DNA of 64,000 nt from Candidatus Zixiibacteriota bacterium (GCA_037441845.1 JBBIRK010000004.1:32001-96000); one strand, 5' to 3'; numbered from the stretch's first letter, positions 38,906 through 49,856 are shown. Notes: generated from the letters alone by a model not told the origin. Made by a program: numbers and translations.

Positions 38906-39922
38906 ATGAATTCGATAAGCGAAAGACTCAATTTCCGCACGCTCGAATGGCGCGGCGACCATCTTCGGCTGATCGACCAACGGGCGCTGCCCGGTAAAGA
39001 AGAATACCTTGAATGCAGAACTGCGGCTGAAGTCGTATCCGCTATTAAAACCATGGCGATCCGCGGCGCACCGGCTATCGGAATCGCCGCCGCTTACGGA
39101 ATGGCATTGGCGGCGATCGCAGGACAAGATTATGGGGAAGCGGCCCTGCTCCTGAAAAACAGCCGACCCACCGCCGCCAATCTCGCCTGGGCGGTCGATA
39201 GAATGACTCTAATCTGCGAATCGCACGATTCGGCGAAAATCGTTGGGGAAGCTAAGGCGATCGAGGCGGATGACGCGATGATGTGCCGTCAGATAGGAGC
39301 GAACGGCGCCGGATTCCTGGCTGATGGAATCAATGTGCTGACCCATTGTAATGCGGGCGCGCTGGCCACCGGCGGAATCGGAACCGCCCTCGGAATCATC
39401 TACACCGCGCATTTTTCGGGCAAGCGAATTCACGTCTGGGTGGACGAAACCCGCCCGTTCTTGCAGGGGGCGAGATTGACCGCTTGGGAACTCGGCCGGG
39501 CAGGCGTCCCCCATACGCTTATTTGCGACAGCGTGGCAGCCTCGCTGATGGCTGCGGGCAAAGTCGATTGCGTGATAGTGGGAGCCGACCGCATAGCCCG
39601 AAACGGCGATTTCGCCAACAAAATCGGTACATATGGGTTGGCTGTGCTCGCCGCCCACCATAATATACCGTTTTACGTGGCCGCGCCTTCATCGACATTC
39701 GATAAACAATGCTGCACGGGGGAAGATATCGTGGTCGAGGAACGTGATCCGGCGGAAGTGACCTCGATATCGGGAACACGGATCTGTCCGGCGGATTCGA
39801 ATGCGTATAATCCGGCTTTCGACATTGCGCCCGGATCGTTGGTCACCTCGTTTATAACCGAGAAAGAAATTATCGGCGCCGGCGATTGGGAAGCGGGGAA
39901 TCCGCATGGACTTTTGCCATGA
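38906..39922 (+). CDS. mtnA: Methylthioribose-1-phosphate isomerase
   Basis: IRGAPAIG, RPTAANL, LTHCNAGALAT, DETRP.LQGARLT, ANKIGTY, NPAFD. Confidence 0.95.
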   Translation: MNSISERLNFRTLEWRGDHLRLIDQRALPGKEEYLECRTAAEVVSAIKTMAIRGAPAIGIAAAYGMALAAIAGQDYGEAALLLKNSRPTAANLAWAVDRMTLICESHDSAKIVGEAKAIEADDAMMCRQIGANGAGFLADGINVLTHCNAGALATGGIGTALGIIYTAHFSGKRIHVWVDETRPFLQGARLTAWELGRAGVPHTLICDSVAASLMAAGKVDCVIVGADRIARNGDFANKIGTYGLAVLAAHHNIPFYVAAPSSTFDKQCCTGEDIVVEERDPAEVTSISGTRICPADSNAYNPAFDIAPGSLVTSFITEKEIIGAGDWEAGNPHGLLP

Positions 39923-39993
39923 GGCAAGAGTGTATCGGCGATTCATTAACGATAAAGCTTATCTGACGATATAATAAAATATTGATAAAATAC

Positions 39994-40021
39994 TTGACAA
40001 TTTCGATAGATGAGATAAAAT
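39994..40021 (+). promoter_or_regulatory. Sigma-70 promoter of rplM-rpsI
   Basis: TTGACA-16 nt-TAAAAT with AT-rich upstream element. Confidence 0.6.
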
Positions 40022-40089
40022 TTAAGTTTTGTAAATAATGGCCGGGCCGAGCGTTTCGTTCGCCGGAATTGGATATTTAAGGAGTCTCG

Positions 40090-40518
40090 ATGAAGACCTT
40101 TGTTCCCAAACCTTCCGAACATGTCAGAAAATGGTATGTCGTCGATGCCAACGGCAAGATCCTCGGGCGGATCGCCACCGAGATCGCCAAGCGGATCCGC
40201 GGCAAGGATAATCCAATGTTCACGCCCTATTATGATCTGGGTGCATCGGTGATCGTGATAAATGCGGATAAAGTGAAATTGACCGGCAAGAAGCCCGGCC
40301 TGAAAACTTATTATTGGCATACTTTCTATCCGGGTTCATTGAAATCGGTGACTTTTTCCAAACTGCTGGCCACGCAGCCGGAAAAGGTGATCGAAGAAGC
40401 CGTTCGCGGAATGCTGCCCAAAAATCGGCTGGGACGCCGGCTGTTTCAAAGGCTGCACGTCTACGCCGGACCCAACCACCCGCATGCATCCCAAAACCCC
40501 CAACCACTCGAAATCTAA
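40090..40518 (+). CDS. rplM: 50S ribosomal protein L13
   Basis: WYVVDA....LGR.A, AVRGMLPKN.LGR, HPH..Q.P. Confidence 0.97.
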   Translation: MKTFVPKPSEHVRKWYVVDANGKILGRIATEIAKRIRGKDNPMFTPYYDLGASVIVINADKVKLTGKKPGLKTYYWHTFYPGSLKSVTFSKLLATQPEKVIEEAVRGMLPKNRLGRRLFQRLHVYAGPNHPHASQNPQPLEI

Positions 40519-40530
40519 AGCGGAGGACTA

Positions 40531-40923
40531 TTGAACAGCGAAATCGCGGTTGCGACCGGTAGTCGCAAAAATGCCGTCGCCCGGGTCAGTATCAAACCCG
40601 GAACCGGTAAAATCGAGATCAACGAAAGACAACCCTTGAAATATCTTTGCCGGCAGAATCTTGTTACGCTGGCGTTCGCCCCTTTGTTCGAGGCCAAACT
40701 TGCGGGACGGCTTGACGTTTCGGTGCGCGTGAAAGGCGGCGGATTAAGCGGCCAGGCAGGAGCGATGAGGTTGGCGCTGGCCAGAGCTTTGGTTAAATAC
40801 GAGCCGCAGCTTAAAGGCGCGCTCAAGGACGCCGGCTTTCTGACCCGCGACCCGCGCATGGTAGAGCGGAAAAAATACGGCATGGTCAAGGCGAGGAAAC
40901 GTTTCCAATTCTCGAAACGTTGA
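40531..40923 (+). CDS. rpsI: 30S ribosomal protein S9
   Basis: G.RKNAVARV, GGG.SGQAGA, LTRDPRMVERKKYG..KAR...QFSKR. Confidence 0.97.
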   Translation: MNSEIAVATGSRKNAVARVSIKPGTGKIEINERQPLKYLCRQNLVTLAFAPLFEAKLAGRLDVSVRVKGGGLSGQAGAMRLALARALVKYEPQLKGALKDAGFLTRDPRMVERKKYGMVKARKRFQFSKR

Positions 40924-40933
40924 TGATCGAGTA

Positions 40934-41012
40934 ATCACGCACACCGGAGGACTCGTGGCGGGGTCCCTTTACGGGCCGCCGGAGGATGAGTCCGGTGGAG
41001 GAATAAAACCAA
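40934..41012 (+). ncRNA. rpsB 5' leader (t44-like S2 autoregulatory RNA)
   Basis: CACGCACACCGG...GGGGTCCC...CCGGTGGAGG layout with CACCGGA/TCCGGTG closing stem, directly upstream of rpsB. Confidence 0.75.
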
Positions 41013-41035
41013 ACCCATCTTAATGAAAGGATCAC

Positions 41036-41761
41036 ATGTCTCAAATCGATATTAAGGATTTGCTCGAGGCAGGCGTGCATTTCGGCCACCAGACCCAGCG
41101 CTGGAATCCGAAAATGAAAAAGTTTATTTTCACTTCGCGCAACGGAATCTACATAATCGACCTGAAAAAGACATTGCTTTCTATCCAGCGGGCTTGCGGA
41201 AAATTGCGCGAAATCGCCTCGAGCGGAGAAAAAGTGTTGTTCGTGGGAACGAAAAAGCAGGCGCAGTTGGTGGTCAAAGACGAAGCTCGTCGCTGTGATG
41301 AATTTTATGTTATCGAACGTTGGCTTGGTGGAACCTTGACTAATTTTCAGACTATAAAGGCCAATATCAAACGGCTTAAAGATATCGAACGGATGCAGGA
41401 AGACGGCACTTTCGCCAATTTGACCAAGAAAGAGGCGATGATTCTCGAAAAAGAGAAATCGAGGCTGGATAAATTCCTCAATGGAATCAAAGAAATGTAT
41501 AAACTGCCCGCCGTGGTTATAGTGGTCGATGCCAAAAAGGAGCGGATCGCGGTGGCCGAAGCCAAGAAATTGAAAATTCCGGTGATCGGCATTATCGATA
41601 CCAACACCGATCCCGATCCGATCGATTATCCGATAGCCGCCAACGACGACGCGATCAAATCGATCAGCGTTATATTGCGGGCGCTTTCCGACTCGATACT
41701 CGAGGGCAAGGCCAAAGGCGAAGAGCAGGCGGAAGCGGCCAAGGTTTCCGAGGAGGCATAG
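41036..41761 (+). CDS. rpsB: 30S ribosomal protein S2
   Basis: [32 protein letters not shown]. Confidence 0.98.
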   Translation: MSQIDIKDLLEAGVHFGHQTQRWNPKMKKFIFTSRNGIYIIDLKKTLLSIQRACGKLREIASSGEKVLFVGTKKQAQLVVKDEARRCDEFYVIERWLGGTLTNFQTIKANIKRLKDIERMQEDGTFANLTKKEAMILEKEKSRLDKFLNGIKEMYKLPAVVIVVDAKKERIAVAEAKKLKIPVIGIIDTNTDPDPIDYPIAANDDAIKSISVILRALSDSILEGKAKGEEQAEAAKVSEEA

Positions 41762-41765
41762 ATAG

Positions 41766-42359
41766 ATGGAGATTTCTGCAGCGCTGGTTAAGGAACTAAG
41801 GGAAAAAACGGGCGCCGGTATGATGGATTGCAAGAAGGCGCTGAGCGAGGCCAATGGTGATTTCGAAAAGGCCGTGACGCTGCTTCGAGAGCAAGGATTG
41901 GCCAAAGCCACCGCCAAGGCCGGCCGTCAGGCCAAAGAGGGATTGATTTACGCTTATATTCATCCGGGCGACAAGCTGGGAGTGTTGGTTGAGGTGAATT
42001 GCGAAACCGATTTCGTGGCCCGCACCGACGATTTCAAACAGTTATGTAAAGATATCGCCATGCAAATAGCCGCCTCGAGCCCATTGGTGATCAATCGCGG
42101 CGATCTCGATCCCGCCGTAGTGGCCGCCGAGAAGGAAATATATCGAGCTCAGGCGATCAAGGAAGGCAAGCCCGAAAAGGTAATCGATAAAATCGTCGAG
42201 GGCAGGCTCGAGAAATTTTATCAGGAAGTCGTCCTGACCGAGCAGGTATTCATCAAAGATCAAGACCGGACGATTAAGGACATCCTCGCCGAAGCGGTAG
42301 GCCGGATAGGCGAAAACATTCAGATAAAGCGATTCGCCAGATACAGATTGGGCGAATAA
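41766..42359 (+). CDS. tsf: Elongation factor Ts (short form)
   Basis: [29 protein letters not shown]. Confidence 0.97.
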   Translation: MEISAALVKELREKTGAGMMDCKKALSEANGDFEKAVTLLREQGLAKATAKAGRQAKEGLIYAYIHPGDKLGVLVEVNCETDFVARTDDFKQLCKDIAMQIAASSPLVINRGDLDPAVVAAEKEIYRAQAIKEGKPEKVIDKIVEGRLEKFYQEVVLTEQVFIKDQDRTIKDILAEAVGRIGENIQIKRFARYRLGE

Positions 42360-42370
42360 TCTTTGTTTTA

Positions 42371-43093
42371 ATGGAATCGGACCAACATATCAAGTATAAC
42401 CGGGTGCTGCTGAAGCTTTCCGGTGAGGTTTTGATGGGGAATCAAGGCGGCGGTATCGACCGCCGTATGATTACCTCGATCTGCGACCAGATCGCCGAAG
42501 TGAAGAAGCTGGGAGTTCAAATCGGCATTGTTGTAGGAGGGGGCAACATCTTTCGGGGTCTGAAAGCATCGGCTTCCGGTATGGATCGGGTCGCCGCCGA
42601 TCATATGGGGATGTTGGCTACGATAATCAATGCGCTCGCCATACAGGAATATCTCGAATCGCAGGGGCATTTCACACGGGTGATGTCGGCGCTCGAAATA
42701 AACGAAGTCTGCGAACCCTTTATCAGGCGGCGGGCCGTCCGGCATCTCGAAAAGGGCCGAATCGTGATATTCGCCGGGGGGACCGGCAACCCGTATTTCA
42801 CGACGGATACGGCGGCGGCATTACGCGCGGCGGAAATCGGCGCTCAAATTATTTTGAAAGGAACGAAGGTCGACGGGGTTTACAACAAAGACCCCGAAAC
42901 CGATCCGGGGGCGGTAAAATTCGAAATGTTGTCGCACACCGATATGCTTCAAAAAGAACTGAAAGTGATGGATGCCACGGCCGCCTCGATGTGCCGGGAA
43001 AACAAAATCCCCATAATCGTGTTTAATATCTATGAACGTGGTAATTTGAAAAGAATAGTACTTGGCGATAAAATCGGCACGATGATCAGTTGA
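42371..43093 (+). CDS. pyrH: UMP kinase
   Basis: [23 protein letters not shown]. Confidence 0.97.
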   Translation: MESDQHIKYNRVLLKLSGEVLMGNQGGGIDRRMITSICDQIAEVKKLGVQIGIVVGGGNIFRGLKASASGMDRVAADHMGMLATIINALAIQEYLESQGHFTRVMSALEINEVCEPFIRRRAVRHLEKGRIVIFAGGTGNPYFTTDTAAALRAAEIGAQIILKGTKVDGVYNKDPETDPGAVKFEMLSHTDMLQKELKVMDATAASMCRENKIPIIVFNIYERGNLKRIVLGDKIGTMIS

Positions 43094-43101
43094 GGAATTC
43101 T

Positions 43102-43659
43102 ATGCTCAATAAAATCTATGCTGAAACGGAAGATAAAATGAAAAAGGCGATCGATGCGATCGGCAGGGAGCTGGCTCAGGTTCGCACCGGCAAAGCTTCG
43201 CCTAAATTGCTCGAGGGAATCAAAGTGGATTATTACGGCGTTCCCACACCGTTGAAGCAGGTCGCCTCAATCAATGTCCCGGATCCCAAGCAGCTTGTGG
43301 TTCAACCATGGGAGAAAAACCTCGTCAATGAAATAGTCAAAGCAATTCAAAAGGCCGACCTGGGGTTGAATCCGATCGCCGAAGCCGGTATAGTGCGGGT
43401 GCCGGTGCCGCCGCTGAACGAGGAAAGGCGCCGCGATATGGTGCGGTTGGTGAAAAAGCTCGGCGAGGAGGGGAAAATCGCCATCCGCAATATACGCCGC
43501 GATGCCAACGAACGAATGAAACAGGCCAAAAACGACGCCCAGATCACGGAGGACGATCTGGAAAAAGGGCAGAGGAAAGTTCAGGATTTTACCGATAAAT
43601 ATATCTCCCATCTGGAAGAAATATTAAAGGCAAAAGAACTGGAGGTCATGGAAGTCTAA
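43102..43659 (+). CDS. frr: Ribosome recycling factor
   Basis: RTGKA, VDYYG.PTPL, PPLNEERR, IRNIRRD. Confidence 0.97.
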   Translation: MLNKIYAETEDKMKKAIDAIGRELAQVRTGKASPKLLEGIKVDYYGVPTPLKQVASINVPDPKQLVVQPWEKNLVNEIVKAIQKADLGLNPIAEAGIVRVPVPPLNEERRRDMVRLVKKLGEEGKIAIRNIRRDANERMKQAKNDAQITEDDLEKGQRKVQDFTDKYISHLEEILKAKELEVMEV

Positions 43660-43660
43660 A

Positions 43661-44413
43661 GTGAGTTCGTTGGAGTCGCTTAAAGCGAAAATCCTCGCCG
43701 GCAATCTGCCGCTGCATGTGGCCATCATCATGGATGGCAATGGGCGTTGGGCCCGCCGGAGGGGCTTGCCGCGGACCGCCGGCCATCGCTATGGAGTCGA
43801 TGCGGTGAAAAAAGTGGTGCGTATCGCCGGCGAGCTGAATATCAACTTTCTTACCCTTTTTACATTTTCCACCGAAAATTGGAAACGTCCCAAAAGCGAA
43901 GTATCGGCGATTTTGAATTTGCTTTTCGAAACCACCCGAAAAGAACTTAATGAGCTTCTCGAAAACAACGTAAGGCTGATAACCACCGGCGATATCGAAT
44001 CGCTTGCGCCCGATCGCTGCAATATACTCAAAGAGGCGGTAAGTCGAACCTCGAATAACACCGGCCTCACTTTGAATCTTGCTCTAAATTACTCCGGTCG
44101 CCTCGAGATTTTACAGGCGGTCAGAAATATCGCCGCCGATGCGCTGAAAGGCAAAATCGATCCCGGAAGTATAGACGAAAGATTGTTTTCGCGATATCTG
44201 ATGACCAACGGGCTCCCCGATCCGGATCTTCTGATTAGGACATCGGGCGAAAGGCGTATTTCCAATTTTTTCCTTTGGCAGATGTCCTACACCGAGCTTT
44301 ATGTCACCGACGTTCTCTGGCCGGATTTCGATGAAATCGAGTTCTGTAATGCGATTCTCGATTTCCAGAAGCGAGAAAGGCGTTTTGGCCAGGTAAAGGA
44401 ACCCACCCACTGA
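43661..44413 (+). CDS. uppS: Undecaprenyl diphosphate synthase
   Basis: HVAIIMDGNGRWA, FSTENW.RP, DLLIRTSGE.RISNF. Confidence 0.96.
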   Translation: MSSLESLKAKILAGNLPLHVAIIMDGNGRWARRRGLPRTAGHRYGVDAVKKVVRIAGELNINFLTLFTFSTENWKRPKSEVSAILNLLFETTRKELNELLENNVRLITTGDIESLAPDRCNILKEAVSRTSNNTGLTLNLALNYSGRLEILQAVRNIAADALKGKIDPGSIDERLFSRYLMTNGLPDPDLLIRTSGERRISNFFLWQMSYTELYVTDVLWPDFDEIEFCNAILDFQKRERRFGQVKEPTH

Positions 44414-44477
44414 AACGGCCCCGACCGCTGCTGATATAACTGGTCAAAATCGTAGTTATCTGCTATAATTTACGGGC

Positions 44478-45272
44478 ATGGAGCGAAATCTGGCGTTTCG
44501 TCTGCTGGTCGCCGCCGGCGGGATTCCGCTTTTGCTGTTTATTGCTGCAAAGGGCGGATTGTGGCTGCTGGTTTTGTGCATGATTCTTGCCGGGGGGTGC
44601 GGCTCTGAAATCGTGCGTCTTATCGGGCGGAATAGATTCGATTTCGGGCAAATTTGGGGGACATTTACGGCTTTTCTCGCGCCGGTATTCTGCTATTTCG
44701 ATTTGTCGTTTCAACTGTATTTCGCGATAGTGATTATCGGGGTGGGTGCCATCATCGCACTTGAAAATCGTATTGAATCGCTGTCTGATCGGCTGCTTGC
44801 GGGCATATTGCCCGCAATTTATCCGGGCATTTTAATTTCCTTTTTAGTCTTGCTGTCAAGAAGAGGGACAGGCGGTTCCCACCTCGTAGTGTTTTCGTTT
44901 CTGTTGGTTTGGGCGGTGGATACGGCTGCCTATTTCGGAGGAAGGGCCTTCGGCCGCAAAAAGCTTTCGCCGGTCCTTTCGCCGAACAAGACCTGGGCCG
45001 GATTTTTCGCCGGTTTCGCAGGGGCGATCGTTGCGGCGATGGTAAGCCGCCTTGTCTTCCTTCACTTGCCGATTGCGAAATTGGCGTTGTTGGCGGTTAT
45101 CGGGGCGCTGGCGGCGCAAGCGGGCGATCTGTTTGAATCGGGGTTGAAACGCGCCTATGGAGCCAAAGATTCATCGGCCGTTCTTCCCGGTCATGGCGGG
45201 CTTTTGGATCGGTTCGATTCATTACTTTTCGCCGCGCCGGTGATTTATTATCTGACCACCCTTTGGCCGTAA
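44478..45272 (+). CDS. cdsA: Phosphatidate cytidylyltransferase
   Basis: D..AYF.G...G, SPNKTW.G, GDL.ES..KR....KDS...LPGHGG.LDRFDS. Confidence 0.95.
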   Translation: MERNLAFRLLVAAGGIPLLLFIAAKGGLWLLVLCMILAGGCGSEIVRLIGRNRFDFGQIWGTFTAFLAPVFCYFDLSFQLYFAIVIIGVGAIIALENRIESLSDRLLAGILPAIYPGILISFLVLLSRRGTGGSHLVVFSFLLVWAVDTAAYFGGRAFGRKKLSPVLSPNKTWAGFFAGFAGAIVAAMVSRLVFLHLPIAKLALLAVIGALAAQAGDLFESGLKRAYGAKDSSAVLPGHGGLLDRFDSLLFAAPVIYYLTTLWP

Positions 45273-45342
45273 AATCAGGCTGCGTACGCAAAAGCGTGGG
45301 ATCGCTCGCAACCGATCGACGGTGGCTCGTTATAAGAACGAT

Positions 45343-46254
45343 ATGCGAAAAATGATAAGAATGTTAGACTATATATTCGTAATGCGTCCAATGTTGATAA
45401 TCCCGGTCTGGACGATTTTTTTGCTCGGATATTTCCGTTTCGGTCAAGAGGCCGAAATTTTCGGCTTGGTTGTTTCGATATTGAGCTCCACGCTGGCGGC
45501 GGGGGCGGTTTTCGTCTTGAATCAGATCTGCGACGTAGAATCGGACCGAATAAACGACAAAGGACAATTTTTCACCAAAGAAATCCTTTCGATACGGGCG
45601 GGGCTCATTCTGTCAATTATTCTAAACCTTCTGGCGCTCGGCCTCGGCGCTTTGATTTCTTTCGAGTTCGCACTCGGAATCGCCGCGGTGATTATTCTCG
45701 GGATATCGTATTCGGTTAGGCCGTTGAGCCTTAAAGATAGGCCGATTCCCGCGCTGCTTATCAATGGATTGGGTCATGGCAGCTTGGTTTTTCTTTTAGG
45801 CTGGTTTGCCGTGGGCGGCGGCTTGGTTCCAGGGATTTATAATTCGATTCCGTATTTTCTGGCCGTGGGGGCGGTGTATATCGGGACTACTATTCCGGAC
45901 ATAAGTGGGGATATCGCCACCGGGAAAATCACCTTGGCGGTGTTGCTGGGCGACTTTTATTGTGGTTTGCTGATTCTTGTCATGATGGCTGCGGCGGCGG
46001 CGACCGCCGCATTTCTTGGCGACTCATCGATGTATGTGGCCTGCGGCCCTGCTCTGGCATTGCAGATCGCATCAGTTATCATCCAAAGCCGCAAGCTGCA
46101 AATAATAACGATAAAAATTGCTATATTAGCCTTAAGTTTATCGGCAGGACTTAAATTTCCACTTTATATATTTTGGTTGTTTGCGATAATCATTTCGACT
46201 CGGTTATATCACAGGTTTAGGCTCGGCATGAGATATCCTTCGCTGGTCGCCTAA
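45343..46254 (+). CDS. UbiA-family prenyltransferase
   Basis: NQICDVESDRIN and PDISGD...GK.T aspartate motifs, YS..P..LK; multiple TM helices; start uncertain. Confidence 0.82.
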   Translation: MRKMIRMLDYIFVMRPMLIIPVWTIFLLGYFRFGQEAEIFGLVVSILSSTLAAGAVFVLNQICDVESDRINDKGQFFTKEILSIRAGLILSIILNLLALGLGALISFEFALGIAAVIILGISYSVRPLSLKDRPIPALLINGLGHGSLVFLLGWFAVGGGLVPGIYNSIPYFLAVGAVYIGTTIPDISGDIATGKITLAVLLGDFYCGLLILVMMAAAAATAAFLGDSSMYVACGPALALQIASVIIQSRKLQIITIKIAILALSLSAGLKFPLYIFWLFAIIISTRLYHRFRLGMRYPSLVA

Positions 46255-46284
46255 ATCGTTCATGCCCCGTTGACGATAGTCATA

Positions 46285-46821
46285 ATGATGACCTATACCC
46301 GTGTCTTATTCATATTTTTGGCGGCGCTATTAGCCAGATGCGGCCCGTTGCCGACCGACGATTCGACGGAGCCCCGACGGAATTTCCGCGATGAGGATCG
46401 AGATGCCGTTATCCGTGTCGCCGATCGGTACGCAGGCGCTCCCTACCGATACAGCGGCGACGGCGAGAATGGATTCGATTGTTCGGGTTTCGTTCGGCGT
46501 GTTTTCGCCGAGGCTGTCGGTCTCGACCTGCCCAGAGTAACCAGGGAGCTTTACCGCTACAGCCGCTCGATTCATTTCGAACATGCGCTGCCCGGCGATC
46601 TTGTATTTTTCTCGATAAAAATGAACGGGAGGGCCGATCACGTGGGTATCTATGCCGGGGCGGGCGAATTTTACCATGCCTCGAAAAAAAGCGGCATAAT
46701 TAAATCCTCTTTCGCCGATGATTATTACTACCAGCGCTTTTTCGGAATTAGACGTCTTAAGTTGGAACTTTTAAGTAGACCCCTGATACGGGCGCAAAAC
46801 GAAAGGCGTCAGCCTCGATGA
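46285..46821 (+). CDS. NlpC/P60 (C40) peptidoglycan endopeptidase lipoprotein
   Basis: G.PY...G....GFDCSG, PGDLVFF, HVGIY, HAS; lipobox-like LLARC. Confidence 0.9.
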   Translation: MMTYTRVLFIFLAALLARCGPLPTDDSTEPRRNFRDEDRDAVIRVADRYAGAPYRYSGDGENGFDCSGFVRRVFAEAVGLDLPRVTRELYRYSRSIHFEHALPGDLVFFSIKMNGRADHVGIYAGAGEFYHASKKSGIIKSSFADDYYYQRFFGIRRLKLELLSRPLIRAQNERRQPR

Positions 46822-47627
46822 TCTTTCGCCGCAACCGCTTTTCCGCCTGAATCCGGCTGTTTGAATTCCAAAAGCCATATATTGCCAAGAAGATTATCGT
46901 TAAGCCTTGAGCTTCCGTCCGAAATGACCACCGCCAGATACTTGCCGTCGTTTGAAATCACCGGCATTATCTCATATTGCGCTGTTGAAGTGTCCGATCG
47001 CGGAATTCCATAAAATCTGTCGGCGGCCGAATCGTATATTACCAATCTGGGCGACTTCGGATCGTATGTAATGGCGATATATCTGCCCGACGGCGATATC
47101 GATTCGAGATAGGCCGCCTTGTGACCGGGAATCAGTTGCTTGAGCGTCCCCTCCCTTGATAGGTAGATCGTAGAATTTCTCTCGGATCCTTGCTGCCCAG
47201 CGCTGAAAAATAAGCCGTATTCGGTCGAGTATCCCGTGATAGGCAACTCGTCGCCTACTTTTGGAAGCATATCATTTTGAATTGAAATTATCTCCACCTG
47301 CTCCGGCCAACTGTCGGCCATGAAAATATCGTTTGAGGCAAGATCGATAAACAAAGGTTTTACTTCGTTGTCGGCAGGGTCGGCGGCTGCATAATCCGGC
47401 TTGCTTTTGAATACTCTGGTGAAGCATATTCGATTCGGCGTATTATCGAAATATGGGAAAAAATCGCTCATCTTATCGGTTAGTTGTCTTATGGAGGCTA
47501 TTTCACCAACATCGGCCAAGTTGCGAACGAAATAATCCGGAATCTCCCGGGTATCTTTTGAGGGCCGGCGGGAGCATCCGAAAAGCAGTAAGAAGATTGA
47601 AACGAATGCCGGGATGAGTCCGTTCAT
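46809..47627 (-). CDS. Hypothetical lipoprotein with TolB/WD40-like repeats
   Basis: Lipobox LLFGC; SPSGRYIA and SNDGKYLA blade-like motifs. Confidence 0.65.
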   Translation of the reverse strand: MNGLIPAFVSIFLLLFGCSRRPSKDTREIPDYFVRNLADVGEIASIRQLTDKMSDFFPYFDNTPNRICFTRVFKSKPDYAAADPADNEVKPLFIDLASNDIFMADSWPEQVEIISIQNDMLPKVGDELPITGYSTEYGLFFSAGQQGSERNSTIYLSREGTLKQLIPGHKAAYLESISPSGRYIAITYDPKSPRLVIYDSAADRFYGIPRSDTSTAQYEIMPVISNDGKYLAVVISDGSSRLNDNLLGNIWLLEFKQPDSGGKAVAAKDHRG

Positions 47628-47633
47628 GGTCAA

Positions 47634-47662
47634 AAAGTAAGCCATCGGGGCGAAGATGTCAA
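47634..47662 (-). promoter_or_regulatory. Sigma-70 promoter, leaderless arrangement
   Basis: Minus strand TTGACA-17 nt-TACTTT, then 6 nt to ATG 47627. Confidence 0.6.
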
Positions 47663-47797
47663 TCGCTATAAAATGCCGATTAATACATGGCAATAGTCCG
47701 ACAGGTGTCGCCAAACAAAGCCGGTTTTCGAAAAATGAAATGGAGGGGAATATTATTTATCGCTCGGGCGTATTAAATTATGAAGAAAGGCGGTAAA

Positions 47798-48079
47798 ATG
47801 AATCGGTGGGTCGCCAAAATGATGAAGTGGTTCTATTACGGGCTGTCGATCGTATTTGTCGGCGCCGGAGTCGGCGTAATAACGAAGTTTCTGCCTGCCG
47901 GCGGAATTTTGAATTCGAGAAATCGCTGGCTTTTAGGATCGGCTTTTTTGGTTTACGGTGTTTACCGCTTTACCGATTTGATCTTGCGGGACAGGAGAAG
48001 AAGTTCAGCCGACATTTCGAGCGAGAACCATATGAATGATGATAGCAATGATTTCATGGATAAAAAAACCTTGACTTAA
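47798..48079 (+). CDS. Small two-TM hypothetical protein
   Basis: Two hydrophobic helices, G......YG.YRF motif; SD-like AAAGGCGG. Confidence 0.55.
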   Translation: MNRWVAKMMKWFYYGLSIVFVGAGVGVITKFLPAGGILNSRNRWLLGSAFLVYGVYRFTDLILRDRRRSSADISSENHMNDDSNDFMDKKTLT

Positions 48080-48147
48080 AAGGCTCGTTTGGTATTATAA
48101 CAATTCAGTTTTTTTGCGGGCGGGCGCCCCTGAAAACAGGAAAGAGG

Positions 48148-49836
48148 ATGGCAGTGAACAAAATAGCAACATGCATATCGGTGATCGTCCTTTTTGCTAT
48201 TACGGTAATTGCAGGTCCAGTGGATAATCTTATCGCCAGAGCGAAAAATATGGCGACCGGCGGCGATACTGAGCGCGCCATAGCCGCCTTGGATTCGGCG
48301 CTTGCGGTATCACCGACCGATTTCAAATTGCTGCTTGCACGCGCCGATATTCTGGCCGGGCAAGGTGATTATGCGTCCGCCTACGACTATTATATACGGG
48401 CGCTGGCGCAATCGGGAAAAGATCCCAATGCGCTTTATGGAGCCGGTATGGCGGCGCTGAAAAAGGGTGATTACGCCGAGGCGCAGGAATTGTTTCAGAG
48501 GGGAGTCGATTCCGGCAAGCGCAAGGCGGAGTTCCTTCATGGTTTGGGTCTGGCTCAGATGGAGCTCGGATCTTTGGCGGAGGCGGATTTGACCATGCGT
48601 AAGGCGATAAAAGCCGATGCCAAGGTCGCCAAGTATCATGCCGCGTTGGGCGATATCAATTTCCGCAAAGGAGTTTGGGCTGTCGCCCTAAACGAGTATA
48701 AGACCGCGCTCGAACTGGACTCGACAATGACCAACGCTTATCTAAAGATAGGAGAGTCTTATTTCCAATCGGCGAATTTGACCGATGCGGTTAAAAATTT
48801 CAAAGAGTATATACTCCGGGCGCCGACCGACACCTTTTCGCTGTATCGATTGGCCAGGATTTTCGAAGCCTCCAAAAATCCCGCCGAAGCCGCTTTCTTT
48901 TATCAAAAGCTGACCGAACAAAGGCCGAACAACGGTGAATACTGGTTCGGTTATGGGAAAGCTCAATTCGAGCTCGACAAATTCGATCAAGCCGGCGAAG
49001 CTCTCGAAAGAGCGATCGCGCTCGAGACCAAGGTCGCCGAATCTTACGGGATGCTGGCCAAGATTTATTACTTGAACAAGCAATATTTCAAGGCCGACAG
49101 CGCCTATGCGCGGTATGAAGCGGTTTTCGGTTCGCCCGAGGATCCCGAGTATTGGATCGACAAGGGTAAGGTGATGTTCAAAATCGCCGAAACCAACCCG
49201 TCGTTTATCCAGCGTGCGATAGAGGCGTTCGACACCGCGATAAGGTTGGATTCGAATAATATCGCCGCTTATGAATATGCCGGTATCGCCCGTTATTACA
49301 AACAGGATTACAAGGGAGCGATTCCCTTCATAAAACGTAAAGTCGAGCTTGAGGGGGCCGACGTCAATGTCAATACTTTGCGCAATCTCGCTATATGTTA
49401 TTTGAAGACCGAGCAATACGATATCGCCGCGGCTACGCTCGAAAGCGCCTTGAAGCTGAAACCCGATGACGTTGTCATGCACCAGATGCTCGGTAACATC
49501 TACAAATTCCGTCTTCAGTGCGAAAAGGCCGTCGAGCATTATCGGGCTGCCTTAAAAGATACCACGAGTGCCATTTCGGCCCAAGAAAGATGCAAACTGA
49601 AAGGCAACCTCGGTTTTTGCTATGTTGTTTTAAGGGAATGTCAGAATGCGGTTCCTCTGCTTGAAGCGGCGGTGGAGTGCGAACCGCGCAACGAGGAATA
49701 TCTCATGAGCATGGCTCAGGCATATCATTTGTGTAACGATATCAAGAAAGCCAATGCATTTTATTCGAAAGTTCTCGAATTGAATCCCAAGAACAAAGCC
49801 GCGCAAGAGGGAAAACTCAGGACTGAGGTCCGTTAG
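48148..49836 (+). CDS. Periplasmic multi-TPR protein
   Basis: Signal peptide followed by continuous TPRs; TTGACT-16 nt-TATTAT promoter at 48071-48098. Confidence 0.88.
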   Translation: MAVNKIATCISVIVLFAITVIAGPVDNLIARAKNMATGGDTERAIAALDSALAVSPTDFKLLLARADILAGQGDYASAYDYYIRALAQSGKDPNALYGAGMAALKKGDYAEAQELFQRGVDSGKRKAEFLHGLGLAQMELGSLAEADLTMRKAIKADAKVAKYHAALGDINFRKGVWAVALNEYKTALELDSTMTNAYLKIGESYFQSANLTDAVKNFKEYILRAPTDTFSLYRLARIFEASKNPAEAAFFYQKLTEQRPNNGEYWFGYGKAQFELDKFDQAGEALERAIALETKVAESYGMLAKIYYLNKQYFKADSAYARYEAVFGSPEDPEYWIDKGKVMFKIAETNPSFIQRAIEAFDTAIRLDSNNIAAYEYAGIARYYKQDYKGAIPFIKRKVELEGADVNVNTLRNLAICYLKTEQYDIAAATLESALKLKPDDVVMHQMLGNIYKFRLQCEKAVEHYRAALKDTTSAISAQERCKLKGNLGFCYVVLRECQNAVPLLEAAVECEPRNEEYLMSMAQAYHLCNDIKKANAFYSKVLELNPKNKAAQEGKLRTEVR

Positions 49837-49856
49837 TAAATAAGGCTGGAGTATCT

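Noticed and set aside
41766..42359. Short 197-aa EF-Ts as a truncation
   Set aside because: The short form is a known natural variant (Thermus type) and both ends are intact.
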